From positions 9,199 to 73,198 of the forward strand of contig JAKLFP010000003.1 in NCBI GenBank assembly GCA_022711115.1: DNA of 64,000 bases, written 5' to 3'. Below, piece by piece: positions 47,394 to 58,307 of the stretch. Positions within the stretch are counted from its first letter, which is position 1. Each line of letters begins with the position of its first letter. The position numbers were made by a program, and so were the translations under genes. This stretch comes from Candidatus Omnitrophota bacterium. GTDB taxonomy: Bacteria; Omnitrophota; Omnitrophia; Omnitrophales; Aquincolibacteriaceae. The notes under the pieces were generated by a model. It was not told where the DNA came from. It worked only from the letters and a program-made list of their open reading frames with translations, and did no database searches.

Positions 47394-47858
47394 TTATTTA
47401 AGTGTTTCCGAATCACTCACGCTGTCCGTGCGTGTCTGGCCCCTGAACTCTTTCCGTTTTCCAAAGAGCTCATCAAGGTAAAGCGTTTCCCGAAGATTTA
47501 ATAACCGCTGCCTCGCATTTAAACGTTCTTCCTCATCCTGAGAAAGGACGTAACACTTGATAGATATGGAGGCATAAACCCAATGCATCAGAACATCGAC
47601 CGGCATCCCCGAAAGAGACTGCCCGAGAAATTCATTCTGCCCTAAAAGAAGCGAAGATATGGTTTCCTTGGGCATTTGAAACCTCAACGCATTGCGTTCG
47701 AGAATATTTAAAAGCAAGGTCGTTGTCTCATTGATGAAATAAAAGGATGTGAATGGAAAAACCCGATGCTCAAAGTGAACGTTGTTGGAGGCTTTGTCCA
47801 GATATGGAATGGATCCTTGCGGCTCCTCCATTTCAGCAAGCATGGATCTCGCCCCCAA
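47394..47858 (-). CDS. hypothetical protein
   Basis: ORF only. Codon usage is consistent with its neighbours. Confidence 0.3.
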   Translation of the reverse strand: MGARSMLAEMEEPQGSIPYLDKASNNVHFEHRVFPFTSFYFINETTTLLLNILERNALRFQMPKETISSLLLGQNEFLGQSLSGMPVDVLMHWVYASISIKCYVLSQDEEERLNARQRLLNLRETLYLDELFGKRKEFRGQTRTDSVSDSETLK

Positions 47859-47969
47859 GCTCCGCTTCGACCATATTGATTCGCCTGCGATAATAGCGGT
47901 GATTTACGAACAAACGGTAAAGCGCGGCGCATCGCCTCGTGATTTTCTTGAAGGTTTTCTTATGGCTTT

Positions 47970-48437
47970 TCATAGTTTCGCTCCTGTGGTTTCAGATTTT
48001 AGATTTATGTCAAAAACCGTATAGAGAGTCTGGGCAAAATCGATGGCGCGGCTTCTCTGTGAAGGCTTAACATCAGGGAGCTTTTGAACGAACCGCTTAA
48101 GCCATACAAAGACCCGGCGAAATCGTTTCTGGTTCTCATTCGCGAGCATGTGGTGATAAAGGTCATCCAAGAAACAGCACACTCCATTTACGACCCTCGC
48201 CTCGGATTTGTGCTGTTTGGCTTGGATGAGAAAGATAAGGACCGTCATCTTGTTGTTGAAATAACCTTTGAACAACTGGCCGAGCAGGTGTTCTTCCGAC
48301 AAAAGATGCTGGTCCTTCGGGTCATGAATTGCCGTCCCGTTCTCCTGACCCGCTCTTTCTTTGATATCGATTACTTTTAAGTTCGTCATTTTCTTGTCCT
48401 CTACTAGAGGCATAGCATCAGAAAATCTCACCGGCAA
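47970..48437 (-). CDS. hypothetical protein
   Basis: ORF only. Confidence 0.3.
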   Translation of the reverse strand: MPVRFSDAMPLVEDKKMTNLKVIDIKERAGQENGTAIHDPKDQHLLSEEHLLGQLFKGYFNNKMTVLIFLIQAKQHKSEARVVNGVCCFLDDLYHHMLANENQKRFRRVFVWLKRFVQKLPDVKPSQRSRAIDFAQTLYTVFDINLKSETTGAKL

Positions 48438-48569
48438 GGGTTTAGCAAAAAGTTATTTAAAAATTCTCTATGGGCAACTTGCATACCCTCAAAATCTATG
48501 ATATCCTTCTTAGTAAGATAATTGGCATAATCGTTGTTTTAAAAAACTAATGAGCTCAGCAGTCGGGAG

Positions 48570-49217
48570 GTGGCTATGTATGACGAGATAGGAAAAGACC
48601 TAGTGGAAAAGAAAGTTGGTAAACGGCCTATTCGAGCACCCCAATGGGGAAAAGCTGTCCAGGCTCTGCTCGTCCAAAAAGCAGGCTCAAAACAGCCCAT
48701 GCCTGTAAGTTGGCTTGCCAACAAAACAGGAATCAAAGATAAAAATATACACAACCTTATCGGGGGACGGATACAGGATATGTCTTCTGATAAACTCGTT
48801 AAGATCGCGGACGCTTTTGGAATCTCATTCTCCGAGTTTGCAAGACGGGCTATGGCCGAGAATCAGGGGAGTTTCTTCGTTTGTGGATTCGATGAGAGAG
48901 GATCTATTAATTACCATCAGCACGGATTCACCATCCAGTCCTTGAGCCCGCAGACAAACTCTCAGCGGGATTTCTTTTTCGGAAGAATGGCCTTAAAACC
49001 GTTCAAGGAGCTTCGCAAATGGCAGTTCAGGGAAAACTCAACCGTAGCGATTTTCGTGGAATCAGGAACGCTTGAAATGACCTACGGAGACTTGCCGGTT
49101 AGAAAGATCTCTTCTAACGAATCGGTCTATTTTGATGCGGGAGTGCCCCACAAAATCAAAAACATTGATTCCATTGAGGCGAAACTATTTATCGTGACCT
49201 GCCCATCTATCTTTTAG
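48570..49217 (+). CDS. XRE-family HTH plus C-terminal cupin transcriptional regulator
   Basis: HTH (IHNLIGG...LVKIADAFGISFSEFAR) and a cupin beta-barrel (AIFVESGTLEMTYGD...GVPHKIKN). Confidence 0.65.
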   Translation: MAMYDEIGKDLVEKKVGKRPIRAPQWGKAVQALLVQKAGSKQPMPVSWLANKTGIKDKNIHNLIGGRIQDMSSDKLVKIADAFGISFSEFARRAMAENQGSFFVCGFDERGSINYHQHGFTIQSLSPQTNSQRDFFFGRMALKPFKELRKWQFRENSTVAIFVESGTLEMTYGDLPVRKISSNESVYFDAGVPHKIKNIDSIEAKLFIVTCPSIF

Positions 49218-50043
49218 GCTTTTTTCTCAGGAGATTATGCCTGACGCATATTCTTTTGAGAACGTCGACAAGTTTTTCGAAATCTGTTGGCTTCGCAAAA
49301 ACACGATGCCCTAATTTCTTTGCCCGTTTCATTTCCTCTGTATTATCAACACCGGTGAATATCACGAAGTCTTTTGGAGAACAACCTTCGCCCGCCTTGA
49401 ATCGCTCAATTAGTTCATCGCCCCACATATGCGGCATCTTGATGTCGATGATACCGATATCCGGTTGAAACTCACGTGATACGCGCAATGCTTCATCACC
49501 AGAAAACGCGGATCTTACCTCGTAATGAGCATCACCAACGTCTCGCACGAGAACGTCTTGAAAGAAGTCGCAGACTTGTTCTTCATCATCGACAACCAGT
49601 ATCTTGGCGCAAGGTTCGTAGCCGGGTTCGATTTCAATAGGGCTTTCCGCTTCCCCGCTATTTTCGAAAACCCTCTCTATTACGATATCCAGATCTTTTA
49701 GGCTGTACGGCTTTGTAATGAATGCTTCGATGCCCAAATCCTCGCACTCCTTCCCCATATCACAATAAGCGGTCAGAATGATTACGGGAATCTTGGAGTG
49801 GCGGTTGCGAATGGACTTCAGCACCTCTAGGCCCCCCATCCCGGGCATTTTTAAATCGAGAATGATGAGGTTTATTTTATCACCGCGCTCCTCGATGATT
49901 TTCAGAGCCTCTTGACCGCTTCCGGCAGTGAGAGTTTCATAACCAAGCGGTTGATACGTTCGCGTAAGAAACCAGAGCAAATCTTCCTCATCATCAACGA
50001 ATAATATCGTTCCTTTAATTTTAGGCGCATCCACCATATACAA
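49207..50043 (-). CDS. tandem-receiver response regulator (REC-REC, no output domain)
   Basis: Two CheY-like folds (ILFVDDEED...DLKMPG; ILVVDDEEQ...DIKMPH). Confidence 0.7.
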   Translation of the reverse strand: MYMVDAPKIKGTILFVDDEEDLLWFLTRTYQPLGYETLTAGSGQEALKIIEERGDKINLIILDLKMPGMGGLEVLKSIRNRHSKIPVIILTAYCDMGKECEDLGIEAFITKPYSLKDLDIVIERVFENSGEAESPIEIEPGYEPCAKILVVDDEEQVCDFFQDVLVRDVGDAHYEVRSAFSGDEALRVSREFQPDIGIIDIKMPHMWGDELIERFKAGEGCSPKDFVIFTGVDNTEEMKRAKKLGHRVFAKPTDFEKLVDVLKRICVRHNLLRKKPKR

Positions 50044-50050
50044 GTCCCCC

Positions 50051-50413
50051 CTATTTCTTCCAATTCATCGCTTTTTCAACTGATTCTTCGAGTTCCTTTA
50101 AACTGCTCGGCTTGCTGATACAAAATAAAGCGCCGTTTTTTAACGCTTCCTTTTGAACATCCTGATATGCGGTAAAAAGAATCATTTTTTGTCCGGGATT
50201 CTTTTGATGAATTTCTCTGATAACCGTAAGCCCATTAATCTCATCTTTTAATCGAACGTCAATAATGGCTACGTCAGGTTTCTCGTTTAAAAGAATCGAA
50301 ATAGCTTCCTTCCCAAACTGGGTTTTAAGAACCTCATAGCCTACTTCTTTAAGGTATCCCCCGATAAATTCCAAAAGGTCTTCTTCATCGTCAACTATTA
50401 GAACCTTTGCCAT
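50051..50413 (-). CDS. single-domain response regulator (CheY-like)
   Basis: VLIVDDEED...DVRLKD...ISKPS. Confidence 0.75.
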   Translation of the reverse strand: MAKVLIVDDEEDLLEFIGGYLKEVGYEVLKTQFGKEAISILLNEKPDVAIIDVRLKDEINGLTVIREIHQKNPGQKMILFTAYQDVQKEALKNGALFCISKPSSLKELEESVEKAMNWKK

Positions 50414-50414
50414 G

Positions 50415-52619
50415 TTATACCTCTCCTACAGCGGGAATAAAGATACGAAAAGTCGTGCCTTCACCACGCGCCGACTCAAGCTCAATATCACCTTTATGGG
50501 CTTCCACCATTTTCCGAATAACATAAAGACCAAGGCCTGTTCCTTTGTCTGCGCCCTTGGTCGTGAAAAATGGAACGAAAATTTTTTGTTTATCAGCATC
50601 CGACATTCCAATCCCGTTATCGGTTATGACGAGCTCCACGCCTCGCCTCTTATGACGAAGTATTTCCTTTGCTGAAAGAATAATTCGACCTCTTTCTGGA
50701 TTCGAGGGTTTTTCAAGGGTTCCTAGCTTCCAAGCTTCCTCTTTCATTTTTATTGCATCAAAAGCATTGTCCAGAAGGTTGAAAAGAATTTCCTCGAGCT
50801 CGCTGAAGTTTCCATAGACTTTTACGAGACCGTCAGGGATCTCATCACGGAAATCAATTTCGGAAAGCGTTCGCTTGCATTCCCATAAACGAATGCAAGT
50901 TGAGGTTAGCTCCCGGATCATAACGGGCTGAAAACCTTCACTTAATCTACTGAAGCTTAATAGCCTCTTAACAATTTCGGAACCGTGATCGGAACTTTTC
51001 ATAACACGGCTACAAACGCCATCGAGAGCTTCTACCATTTTTCGTTGATCGGGAAAACTGCTGTTCTCTTGAAAGAATTTTGTGAGCTTTTTGAGTTCCG
51101 TCATATGAGCTGATTCCACTCCGAGTTTGATGACGGCAAATCGATTATTGATCTGATGAGCAATCCCGGCAGCCATAGTTCCTAAGTCCGCCATTTTTGC
51201 CGCTTGGAAAAAGTGCGCTTGCTGCTGTTCAAACTCGGTCAGGAAAATACAATTCTCGATGGCAAGAGCCGCCTGATTGGCAAGGGTAGAAAGCGTATCG
51301 AGATCGCTTTCGGTATAAAGACGTTTTGATTTTTTATCACCGAGCACTACAAATCCTAGCAAACGATCCTGAACAAAACTTGGCACGATCACCGCCGCGT
51401 CGAGCTTCTCCATTTCCTGAATGATTTCGCCAGAAGTCACAGGCCCTTGAGCCCGGATTTCTTCAAGCATCAGTGGCTCCTTGGTATCTTTGATGCGCTG
51501 AATCAGCGAAGCAACTTCAGAAATAGTATCACTCCCTTGCTTGCGATGGTCTCCACGGGCCGCCTTACAGATGAACTGCTTACTTCCACTATCCCAAAGG
51601 AAAATCCGAGCGTGAGTGATTCGAATGGTTTTGGTGAGAATGTGAACCATTAATCTTAGCAGACGGTTCAGATCCTTTATAAGGGTCATGCCCTTCGACG
51701 CTTGAAGGAGGGTCTGCTGATAAGCTTTCTGTTCTCTCAAAAGGACTCCTTCTGCCCTGCGCTGAACGGTCATATAAATAAATGGGCCTATGAAGCTCAA
51801 CAAACTGAATAACCCGGCAGGGAGCATCCACCAGTTAACACCAAATTGCCGCTCAAGAAAACCTCTCATCTGGAAAATCAGGAAGGCAGGTATTCCAACA
51901 ACGCCACAGTAAATCAAAATGAAAATGCCCGTTCGGGTCACTGCGAGCCGAACATCCATTAGGCGATATTTGATTATGACATATGCCGCAATTCCGACAT
52001 ATGCTGAAACAAGAATATTTCCGATCGGAGGTATGGGGATTCCATACCACAAGATGTAATTGGTTGCTCCACCTATCCATCCAATGGCTGTCGCTATTAA
52101 AATGTATCGCATTTGATTGCGGACCAGTCCAGAAGATTTCCTGAATTCTTGATAGATGAGTACCGCTCCGTAAATAACGAGACCAATCCAGAAGAACAAA
52201 AAGGGATGAAATAATGGGCCAGGGTCCGGCCAGAATTTGAAAGATAATTTGGCGCTTACACCGGAAACGAAAAATGGCGTAAAACAAAAAAGCGCAGAAC
52301 AGATTGCAAAAAAATAAGCCCATCTTAATGTTTTCTTTCGGCTATCCACTTGATTCAAAAACGCCAAAATATGATGCAAATAAAAAATGGGGATAAAACT
52401 TGCCCCAATCATTAACCCTCTCGAATAAAAAAGTGCCGTCTGATAATTGCTTGCGTTTTGCCACAAAAAATAGGCAAAACTCCACACGGCGACGGAAAGG
52501 GAGAAGAAGAAATAAGTGATATTTTTGAGGCTTCGGCGATTCTGCCTGATGACAAAAATTCCAAAAACGAGGCTAACGACTCCGTTAATTAAACTGCTGA
52601 TAATGCAGTAAATTACCAT
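50415..52619 (-). CDS. sensor histidine kinase with N-terminal 7-TM sensor, GAF, HisKA and HATPase_c
   Basis: Seven TM helices are followed by a GAF-like region, H-box ([10 protein letters not shown]) and N/G boxes (LDNAFDA, DNGIGM, GTGLGL). Confidence 0.7.
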   Translation of the reverse strand: MVIYCIISSLINGVVSLVFGIFVIRQNRRSLKNITYFFFSLSVAVWSFAYFLWQNASNYQTALFYSRGLMIGASFIPIFYLHHILAFLNQVDSRKKTLRWAYFFAICSALFCFTPFFVSGVSAKLSFKFWPDPGPLFHPFLFFWIGLVIYGAVLIYQEFRKSSGLVRNQMRYILIATAIGWIGGATNYILWYGIPIPPIGNILVSAYVGIAAYVIIKYRLMDVRLAVTRTGIFILIYCGVVGIPAFLIFQMRGFLERQFGVNWWMLPAGLFSLLSFIGPFIYMTVQRRAEGVLLREQKAYQQTLLQASKGMTLIKDLNRLLRLMVHILTKTIRITHARIFLWDSGSKQFICKAARGDHRKQGSDTISEVASLIQRIKDTKEPLMLEEIRAQGPVTSGEIIQEMEKLDAAVIVPSFVQDRLLGFVVLGDKKSKRLYTESDLDTLSTLANQAALAIENCIFLTEFEQQQAHFFQAAKMADLGTMAAGIAHQINNRFAVIKLGVESAHMTELKKLTKFFQENSSFPDQRKMVEALDGVCSRVMKSSDHGSEIVKRLLSFSRLSEGFQPVMIRELTSTCIRLWECKRTLSEIDFRDEIPDGLVKVYGNFSELEEILFNLLDNAFDAIKMKEEAWKLGTLEKPSNPERGRIILSAKEILRHKRRGVELVITDNGIGMSDADKQKIFVPFFTTKGADKGTGLGLYVIRKMVEAHKGDIELESARGEGTTFRIFIPAVGEV

Positions 52620-52631
52620 GCGGATGAATTC

Positions 52632-53663
52632 TTATGACGGCTTTTGAGCAATAACATACTGGATGATGCCCTGTTGTTCGAACTCTGTTCTTAGATTTTC
52701 TTTATTGAAACCTGCCGCAAGAAAAATTCGCTTAAACTCGTCCTCGCTTCGATAAATTAACTGCCATTCTCCGACCCATTCTAAAAAATAAAATGAAGGG
52801 TTTTGATACTTTTCCCCGAAGTTTGCAATAAATAGCAAGCCGTTCGGTTTTAGGAGCCCTTTTAACGCATCGATTAGTCTTTGAGCCAAACGTTCATCCA
52901 GATAATCAAAAAGCCCTAGCGAAAATATCATGTCGTATCGTTCTTTCGGGATGGCTTTTTTAAAAGCAATTCGCACGGCGTTTTCTTTGTGGAAATTTAC
53001 GAATTTCAAGTTGTTTCCCAAAATATTTTTTGCATATTCAATGGCATTCTCATCTTGGTCATAGCAATCGATGAAAAGATTGCGATGACCGGCAGGGATT
53101 TCTTCGAGCATCTCGCTGATATCTCGGCAAGGGCCAGAAGCTAGGTCCATTATTTTCAAAGTCTTGCCCTCATTTGTTTTTACTAAAGACCCAATGAATT
53201 TCTTAATGTCTTCTTTTCGATTTCGAATAGCAAAAGCCGCCGCTGACATTTGGGAATAATTATCAAAGAGGCGGGCGAAGCCCGTTGTTTTAGGGTCGTT
53301 CCGATATATATCATCTATGATTTTAAAATCGCCTGCATAGCCATACGGCTTCTTAAGACTCCAACAAATATGCTCACCATGCAAAAAATCTGCCCGAAGA
53401 TGATTGACGAAAATTCTTTTTAGTTTATAGACGCTCGCCTCGTCGCCTTTCGCCAGTCGTTCTTGTTCAAAAAGCATTAAGGCTCGAAAGATGGCATTTA
53501 TTTCCTGATTAAAAAGGCTCTGGTATTTTCCCCAATCATTGGGATTGGCATCCAAATGAGTTTTTATTTCTCTGGCGACTTCACGATATTTTTTAATGCG
53601 CTTTCTCAATGATGTCTCCTGATTCTTAAGGAGAGTGTCGATTTTGGTCATTTGTCCACTCAC
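52632..53663 (-). CDS. SAM-dependent methyltransferase-like protein
   Basis: IMDLASGPCRD (motif I-like) and a DxxxGxF-like downstream region. It sits between the HK and a REC gene. Confidence 0.45.
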   Translation of the reverse strand: MSGQMTKIDTLLKNQETSLRKRIKKYREVAREIKTHLDANPNDWGKYQSLFNQEINAIFRALMLFEQERLAKGDEASVYKLKRIFVNHLRADFLHGEHICWSLKKPYGYAGDFKIIDDIYRNDPKTTGFARLFDNYSQMSAAAFAIRNRKEDIKKFIGSLVKTNEGKTLKIMDLASGPCRDISEMLEEIPAGHRNLFIDCYDQDENAIEYAKNILGNNLKFVNFHKENAVRIAFKKAIPKERYDMIFSLGLFDYLDERLAQRLIDALKGLLKPNGLLFIANFGEKYQNPSFYFLEWVGEWQLIYRSEDEFKRIFLAAGFNKENLRTEFEQQGIIQYVIAQKPS

Positions 53664-54049
53664 GCTCCTAGAGCCTTCTTCACTTCTTCCAAAAACTGGA
53701 TAAGATCAAAAGGCTTTAAAATATATGCTTTAGGTTTTAATGTTTTTGCGTCTATCTCAGCCTGTGGGTCGGCGTATCCGGTCATAAAAATTCTCGGAAC
53801 TTGTTTAACTCCACGTTTCATCATTACATCCAAAATTTTTCTTACTGTTTCAATTCCATCGATTCCCGGCATACGGATATCGCTGATGATGAGGTCGAAA
53901 TCAACGGCCTCGGCCATGGCCGTCGCTTCATCACAACGTTTCGCTACAAGCACCTCGTAACCACTTTTTTCAAGCGCAAGCACAAGGCTTTTTGTAATGA
54001 GTTCTTCATCGTCAATTACGAGGATTTGTTTTTTCATCTTCCGCTCCAT
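53660..54049 (-). CDS. single-domain response regulator
   Basis: ILVIDDEE...DIRMPG...LKP. Confidence 0.7.
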   Translation of the reverse strand: MERKMKKQILVIDDEELITKSLVLALEKSGYEVLVAKRCDEATAMAEAVDFDLIISDIRMPGIDGIETVRKILDVMMKRGVKQVPRIFMTGYADPQAEIDAKTLKPKAYILKPFDLIQFLEEVKKALGA

Positions 54050-54540
54050 GCTCTTTCAGTTCACGCTCAAATAACCATTTGAACTGTTTCAAATAATACT
54101 CTTTGAAAGCGTCTTTCAAACGTTTTTTGTCTTTTTCAATCTTGCGAATTATCCAAACCCCTAGGACCCCACAAACAATAACGTCTAGCCAGAAAAATAC
54201 CACCCAAAAAGGACTGTTCGGTCCTATGTCCATAGACACCCCCACATTTAACCTTTTTAAGTTATCGGACTTTTGGAAATATCCTAGAGGGGAATTCCCA
54301 GGAAATGCGATAAAGATGATGGTTCGAATTTTGGGTTATTCCACACCCGATTCGGATCATTGCGTAAGAGACGCACTCAATAAGAGTCCATAAAAACCGT
54401 TTCGAAAAGTAAGAGCCGTATTCATTTAGACGTAACGTCTATTTGTCTATATTAGGACCGGTAAGATCGCCGGGAAATAAGATCGAATCGATTAAGTCCT
54501 TGGAATTTAAGAACTCGTCTTGGAACGGTGCCCGGTATTT

Positions 54541-55542
54541 TTAATGAGCGTTTTCATTGCGCGATAATGGAACCCTTTCGGAAAGCACGAATTTTCTCCG
54601 AAGCCGTGCACGGGGATGATATTGGGCATGAACCTGTTGAATGTGCGCAGGCAGAATTCTTGTGTAAATTTGCGTGCTTGTAATACTGCTGTGACCCAGA
54701 AGTTCCTGGATATAGCGGATATCTGCTCCATTTTGAAGCATTCCGATCGCACAGGCATGACGAAGGCTGTGGGCTTTCAGCCGCTTCCCTTTCCGTGCGC
54801 CTCCCATCACGAGAATCAATTCCTTATATTTCAGTTTATTCCCCCACATGCTCAGAAAAAGCTTTTTCTCGCCCGTGATGGCCGCCTGATGTTTCCGGAC
54901 ATCCTCGATGTAAGCTTTAAGCGATTCGGTCGCTTTTCTCCCGAACGGCACGACCCTGTCTTTGTTGCCCTTCCCGTTACGCACCAGGATGGTTTTCTTC
55001 CGAAAATCCACGTCGTAAATATCAAGGTTCAAAAGCTCATTAGCGCGGATGCCCGTGGAATAAAAGAGTTCCAAGATAGCTTTGCGCCTTTTCCCGACCA
55101 TCGACGCCGTTTCCAAGCCGTCCAGTATCTTTTGTATTTCACCAGTAGCCGGAATATCTTGGGGTAGCGTTTTGCCGCCCTTCGGGAGTTCCAGCGCATC
55201 CGCAGGGTTGAAAAGATAACGCTTCGTTTCCGTCAGATACCGGAAATAACAGCGTATCGCAACAATTCTGCCCTTTAGGGTCCAATACTTATATTTCTTT
55301 TCGTCCTTGAGATACCTCGCATACCGTTGAAACGCCTCCCTGTCGATCTTCTTTATCCTTTTTTCCTTCAAAAAATTATAGAAATAAACGATCCTTCTCC
55401 GGACATCCACGACCGTACGGGGACTGAATCCTCGTTTTGCCATGTGCTGCACATATTCTTCGATATACTTTTTCATTTCACGTTTTCCTTTCGCGAGTTT
55501 CCGTCGAATTGAACCGAGAATCGGGGTGTCGTTCCATGCCAC
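54541..55542 (-). CDS. tyrosine recombinase/integrase (subfamily 2, copy 1)
   Basis: R...HSLRHACA...LLGHSSITSTQIYT with catalytic Tyr. The real start is probably MKKYIEEY at about 55476. Confidence 0.75.
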   Translation of the reverse strand: MAWNDTPILGSIRRKLAKGKREMKKYIEEYVQHMAKRGFSPRTVVDVRRRIVYFYNFLKEKRIKKIDREAFQRYARYLKDEKKYKYWTLKGRIVAIRCYFRYLTETKRYLFNPADALELPKGGKTLPQDIPATGEIQKILDGLETASMVGKRRKAILELFYSTGIRANELLNLDIYDVDFRKKTILVRNGKGNKDRVVPFGRKATESLKAYIEDVRKHQAAITGEKKLFLSMWGNKLKYKELILVMGGARKGKRLKAHSLRHACAIGMLQNGADIRYIQELLGHSSITSTQIYTRILPAHIQQVHAQYHPRARLRRKFVLSERVPLSRNENAH

Positions 55543-56725
55543 CGGAAGAAATGCGCTTGGTCTTAAGGAGTGCCCGAGGATGATATTGAGCGTGAACTTC
55601 TTGAATGTGCGTCGGAAGGATTCTCGTATAAATCTGCGTGCTTGTAATGCTGCTGTGGCCCAAAAGTTCCTGGATATAGCGGATATCGGCCCCGTTTTTA
55701 AGCATTCCGATCGCGCACGCGTGCCTCAAACTATGGGCTTTCAGCCGCTTACCGTTTCTCCTGCGCGGCATGACACGAATCAATTCGTTATACCGCAGCC
55801 GATGTCCCCACATACTCAAGAAAAGTTTCGTCTCGCCCGTCGCTTCGGCATGATATTTCCTGGCATTTTCGATGTAATCCTTGAGCGCCACCGCCGCATT
55901 CCTGCCGAAAGGAACCACCCTGTCTTTATTGCCTTTACCGTTACGAACGAATAGGGTTCTCTTTCCGAAGTCGATGTCATAAATATCGAGATTCAGAAGC
56001 TCTTTGGCGCGGATTCCCGTGGAGTACAAAAGTTCGAGGATCGCCTTCCGCCGTTTATTGACCCTCCCTGTCGTATCGATAGCATCCAGCAATGCTACGA
56101 TTTCTCCGGGGGCGGGAATGTCCTGTGACAGCGCTTCCGGCCTTTTTGGAAGTTCGAGAACAGCCGCCGGATTGAAAAGATAACGCTTCGCCTCCGTCAA
56201 ATAGCGGAAATACGACCGGACCGGCAGAATCCGGTCTTTGATCGTCGCGTATTTGAATCGCCTCCCGCTCATAAGATAATCCCCGTAGATCTGGAATGTG
56301 TGCCGGTTGATTTTCGAGATCCTTCTTTTTTTCAGAAAGTTAAAGAAATACTGGATGCTGCGTCTCGAGTTTTGAACCGTCGCCGGACTCAGCCCGCGCT
56401 TGTTCATGGAGTGCAGATATTCTTCGAGGTATTTTTTCATGCTTCGTCCGTTCTTTCCCGGGGATGCGTCCTCCGATGCACTTTCCTGAGATCCGAGATC
56501 TCCACATGAGTGTAGATTTGGGTGGTATCGAGTTTTTTGTGCCCGAGCATTTCCTGAATCACGCGGATCGGAGCGCCGTTCCTCAGCATATGGGTCGCGG
56601 TCGTGTGCCGGATCATGTGGGCCGAGGTATGGCGCTTGAAGCCCGCTCGCTTCGCATACTTTTGCACGATGGGGGCGATATTCATGTTCTGCATTTTCGT
56701 CCCCCGCAAACTCAGAAACAGCCAC
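55478..56725 (-). CDS. tyrosine recombinase/integrase (subfamily 2, copy 2)
   Basis: Same motifs. The real start is probably MKKYLEEY at about 56437, abutting the next gene. Confidence 0.75.
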   Translation of the reverse strand: MAVSEFAGDENAEHEYRPHRAKVCEASGLQAPYLGPHDPAHDRDPYAEERRSDPRDSGNARAQKTRYHPNLHSCGDLGSQESASEDASPGKNGRSMKKYLEEYLHSMNKRGLSPATVQNSRRSIQYFFNFLKKRRISKINRHTFQIYGDYLMSGRRFKYATIKDRILPVRSYFRYLTEAKRYLFNPAAVLELPKRPEALSQDIPAPGEIVALLDAIDTTGRVNKRRKAILELLYSTGIRAKELLNLDIYDIDFGKRTLFVRNGKGNKDRVVPFGRNAAVALKDYIENARKYHAEATGETKLFLSMWGHRLRYNELIRVMPRRRNGKRLKAHSLRHACAIGMLKNGADIRYIQELLGHSSITSTQIYTRILPTHIQEVHAQYHPRALLKTKRISSGGMERHPDSRFNSTETRERKT

Positions 56726-57372
56726 GAAAGTTTATCCGCGTTCTTGAACCGATTCCTTCCATACTCGATATATTCGTCGAGATATCCCATGGCAATTTCT
56801 CCGATAGGCACTACTCGGTCTTTATTTCCTTTTCCCGCTTTTACCGAGATCGTTCCGTACTCTTTCTGAACGTCATAGAGCGTAAGATTGCAGAGCTCCC
56901 CAGAGCGGATCGCAGTCGTGTACAAAAGTTCGAGAATGGCCTTATCCCGAAGTCCTAACTTAGAATCGATTTCCACGGCATTCAGAAGCTGCTTGATTTC
57001 TTCTTCCTTGAAAATGTCGCGAGGAAGCCGTTCGGGTTTTTTAGGAAGTTCGATCTTCGTGGTCGGATCAAAAAAGAGTATCCCTTCTCTTTCGAGCCAT
57101 TTGAAAAATCCTTTGAGGGCAACCAATCTGTGCCCCTGGCTCACCAGGCAAAGCCCTCTTTTTTCGTTATAGAGATAGCCCTGATACCGGGCTATCACCT
57201 GGCGATCCACCTGTTTGAGATCATCGAGGCCTTCGTCCTCCTGGAGATACCGCAGAAATTCCGTGTTGTACCGCCGGTACAAAACGAGAGTGGTCGGAGC
57301 ATACCCCTTCTGCCCCAAACACTGGCTATACCGCTCGATCAAAAGCCCCGCTTGGTTGAGTTTGGTATTCAT
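56437..57372 (-). CDS. tyrosine recombinase, XerC/D-like (subfamily 1, copy 1)
   Basis: RSGELCNL...HMIRHTTATHML...LGHKKLDTTQIYT. Confidence 0.75.
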   Translation of the reverse strand: MNTKLNQAGLLIERYSQCLGQKGYAPTTLVLYRRYNTEFLRYLQEDEGLDDLKQVDRQVIARYQGYLYNEKRGLCLVSQGHRLVALKGFFKWLEREGILFFDPTTKIELPKKPERLPRDIFKEEEIKQLLNAVEIDSKLGLRDKAILELLYTTAIRSGELCNLTLYDVQKEYGTISVKAGKGNKDRVVPIGEIAMGYLDEYIEYGRNRFKNADKLSWLFLSLRGTKMQNMNIAPIVQKYAKRAGFKRHTSAHMIRHTTATHMLRNGAPIRVIQEMLGHKKLDTTQIYTHVEISDLRKVHRRTHPRERTDEA

Positions 57373-58307
57373 GACGCAGCCAATCCCTTCTCCCGTGGAT
57401 GCGTTCTTTGATGCACCTTCTTAAGATCCGAGATTTCCACTTGAGTATAGATCTGAGTAGTCTCAAGCTTCCTATGCCCGAGCATTTCCTGAATCACGCG
57501 GATCGGAGCGCCGTTACGAAGCATATGCGTCGCAGTCGTGTGGCGAATCATATGCGCCGTCGCATACCGTTTGAGCCCGGCCCGTTCCGTGTATTTCTGG
57601 ACGATCGGCGCGATATTGCGATTCTCCATTTGCGTCCCCCGGTAAGTCACGAACAGCCATGGAAGAGTATCCGCGTTGGGAAAGTTCTTCCGTCCGTGTT
57701 CGAGAAACTCCTCGACGTAGCCCATGGCAACTTCGCCGACCGGCACGACGCGGTCTTTGTTCCCTTTGCCGGCTTTTACCGAGATCGTTCCGTATTCTTT
57801 CTGAACGTCGTAGAGCGTAAGATTGCAGAGTTCGCCGCTGCGGATCGCCGTCGTATAAAGCAGTTCGAGAATTGCCTTGTCCCGCAATCCCAATTTCGTA
57901 TCGATATCGACCGCGTTAAGAATTCTGGAGATTTCTTCCACGTTGAAAATGTCGTGCGGAAGCTGATCGGGTTTTCTGGGAAGCTCGATCTTCGTGGTCG
58001 GATCATAAAAAAGAATGCCTTCCCGCTCGAACCATCTGAAAAGATTCCTGAGGGCCACCAGCCGGAGACTCTGACTCCTTAATCCGAGCCCCCGCTCTTC
58101 GGTATAAAGATAACTTTGAAAACGGGAGATCACCTGCCGGTCCACCTGCTTGAGATCATCGAGTTTTTCGTCCTCCTGGAGATATTTCAGGAATTCATTG
58201 TTGTACTGGCGATAAAGACGCAGCGTGCCCGATGCGTACCCCTTCTGGCCCCGGTCCTGAATATAGCGCTCCATAAGGAGCGCTGCCCGGTCAAGCCGTG
58301 TATCCAT
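57369..58307 (-). CDS. tyrosine recombinase, XerC/D-like (subfamily 1, copy 2)
   Basis: About 75% identical to the previous gene. The starts and stops overlap by 4 nt. Confidence 0.75.
   Translation of the reverse strand: MDTRLDRAALLMERYIQDRGQKGYASGTLRLYRQYNNEFLKYLQEDEKLDDLKQVDRQVISRFQSYLYTEERGLGLRSQSLRLVALRNLFRWFEREGILFYDPTTKIELPRKPDQLPHDIFNVEEISRILNAVDIDTKLGLRDKAILELLYTTAIRSGELCNLTLYDVQKEYGTISVKAGKGNKDRVVPVGEVAMGYVEEFLEHGRKNFPNADTLPWLFVTYRGTQMENRNIAPIVQKYTERAGLKRYATAHMIRHTTATHMLRNGAPIRVIQEMLGHRKLETTQIYTQVEISDLKKVHQRTHPREKGLAAS

Noticed and set aside
54300-54540. tRNA-like GGTTCGAAT T-loop motif as a possible att site at the integrase end
   Set aside because: No acceptor stem or anticodon arm can be built around it, and no cloverleaf is apparent. 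Only a covariance search could find a real tRNA.
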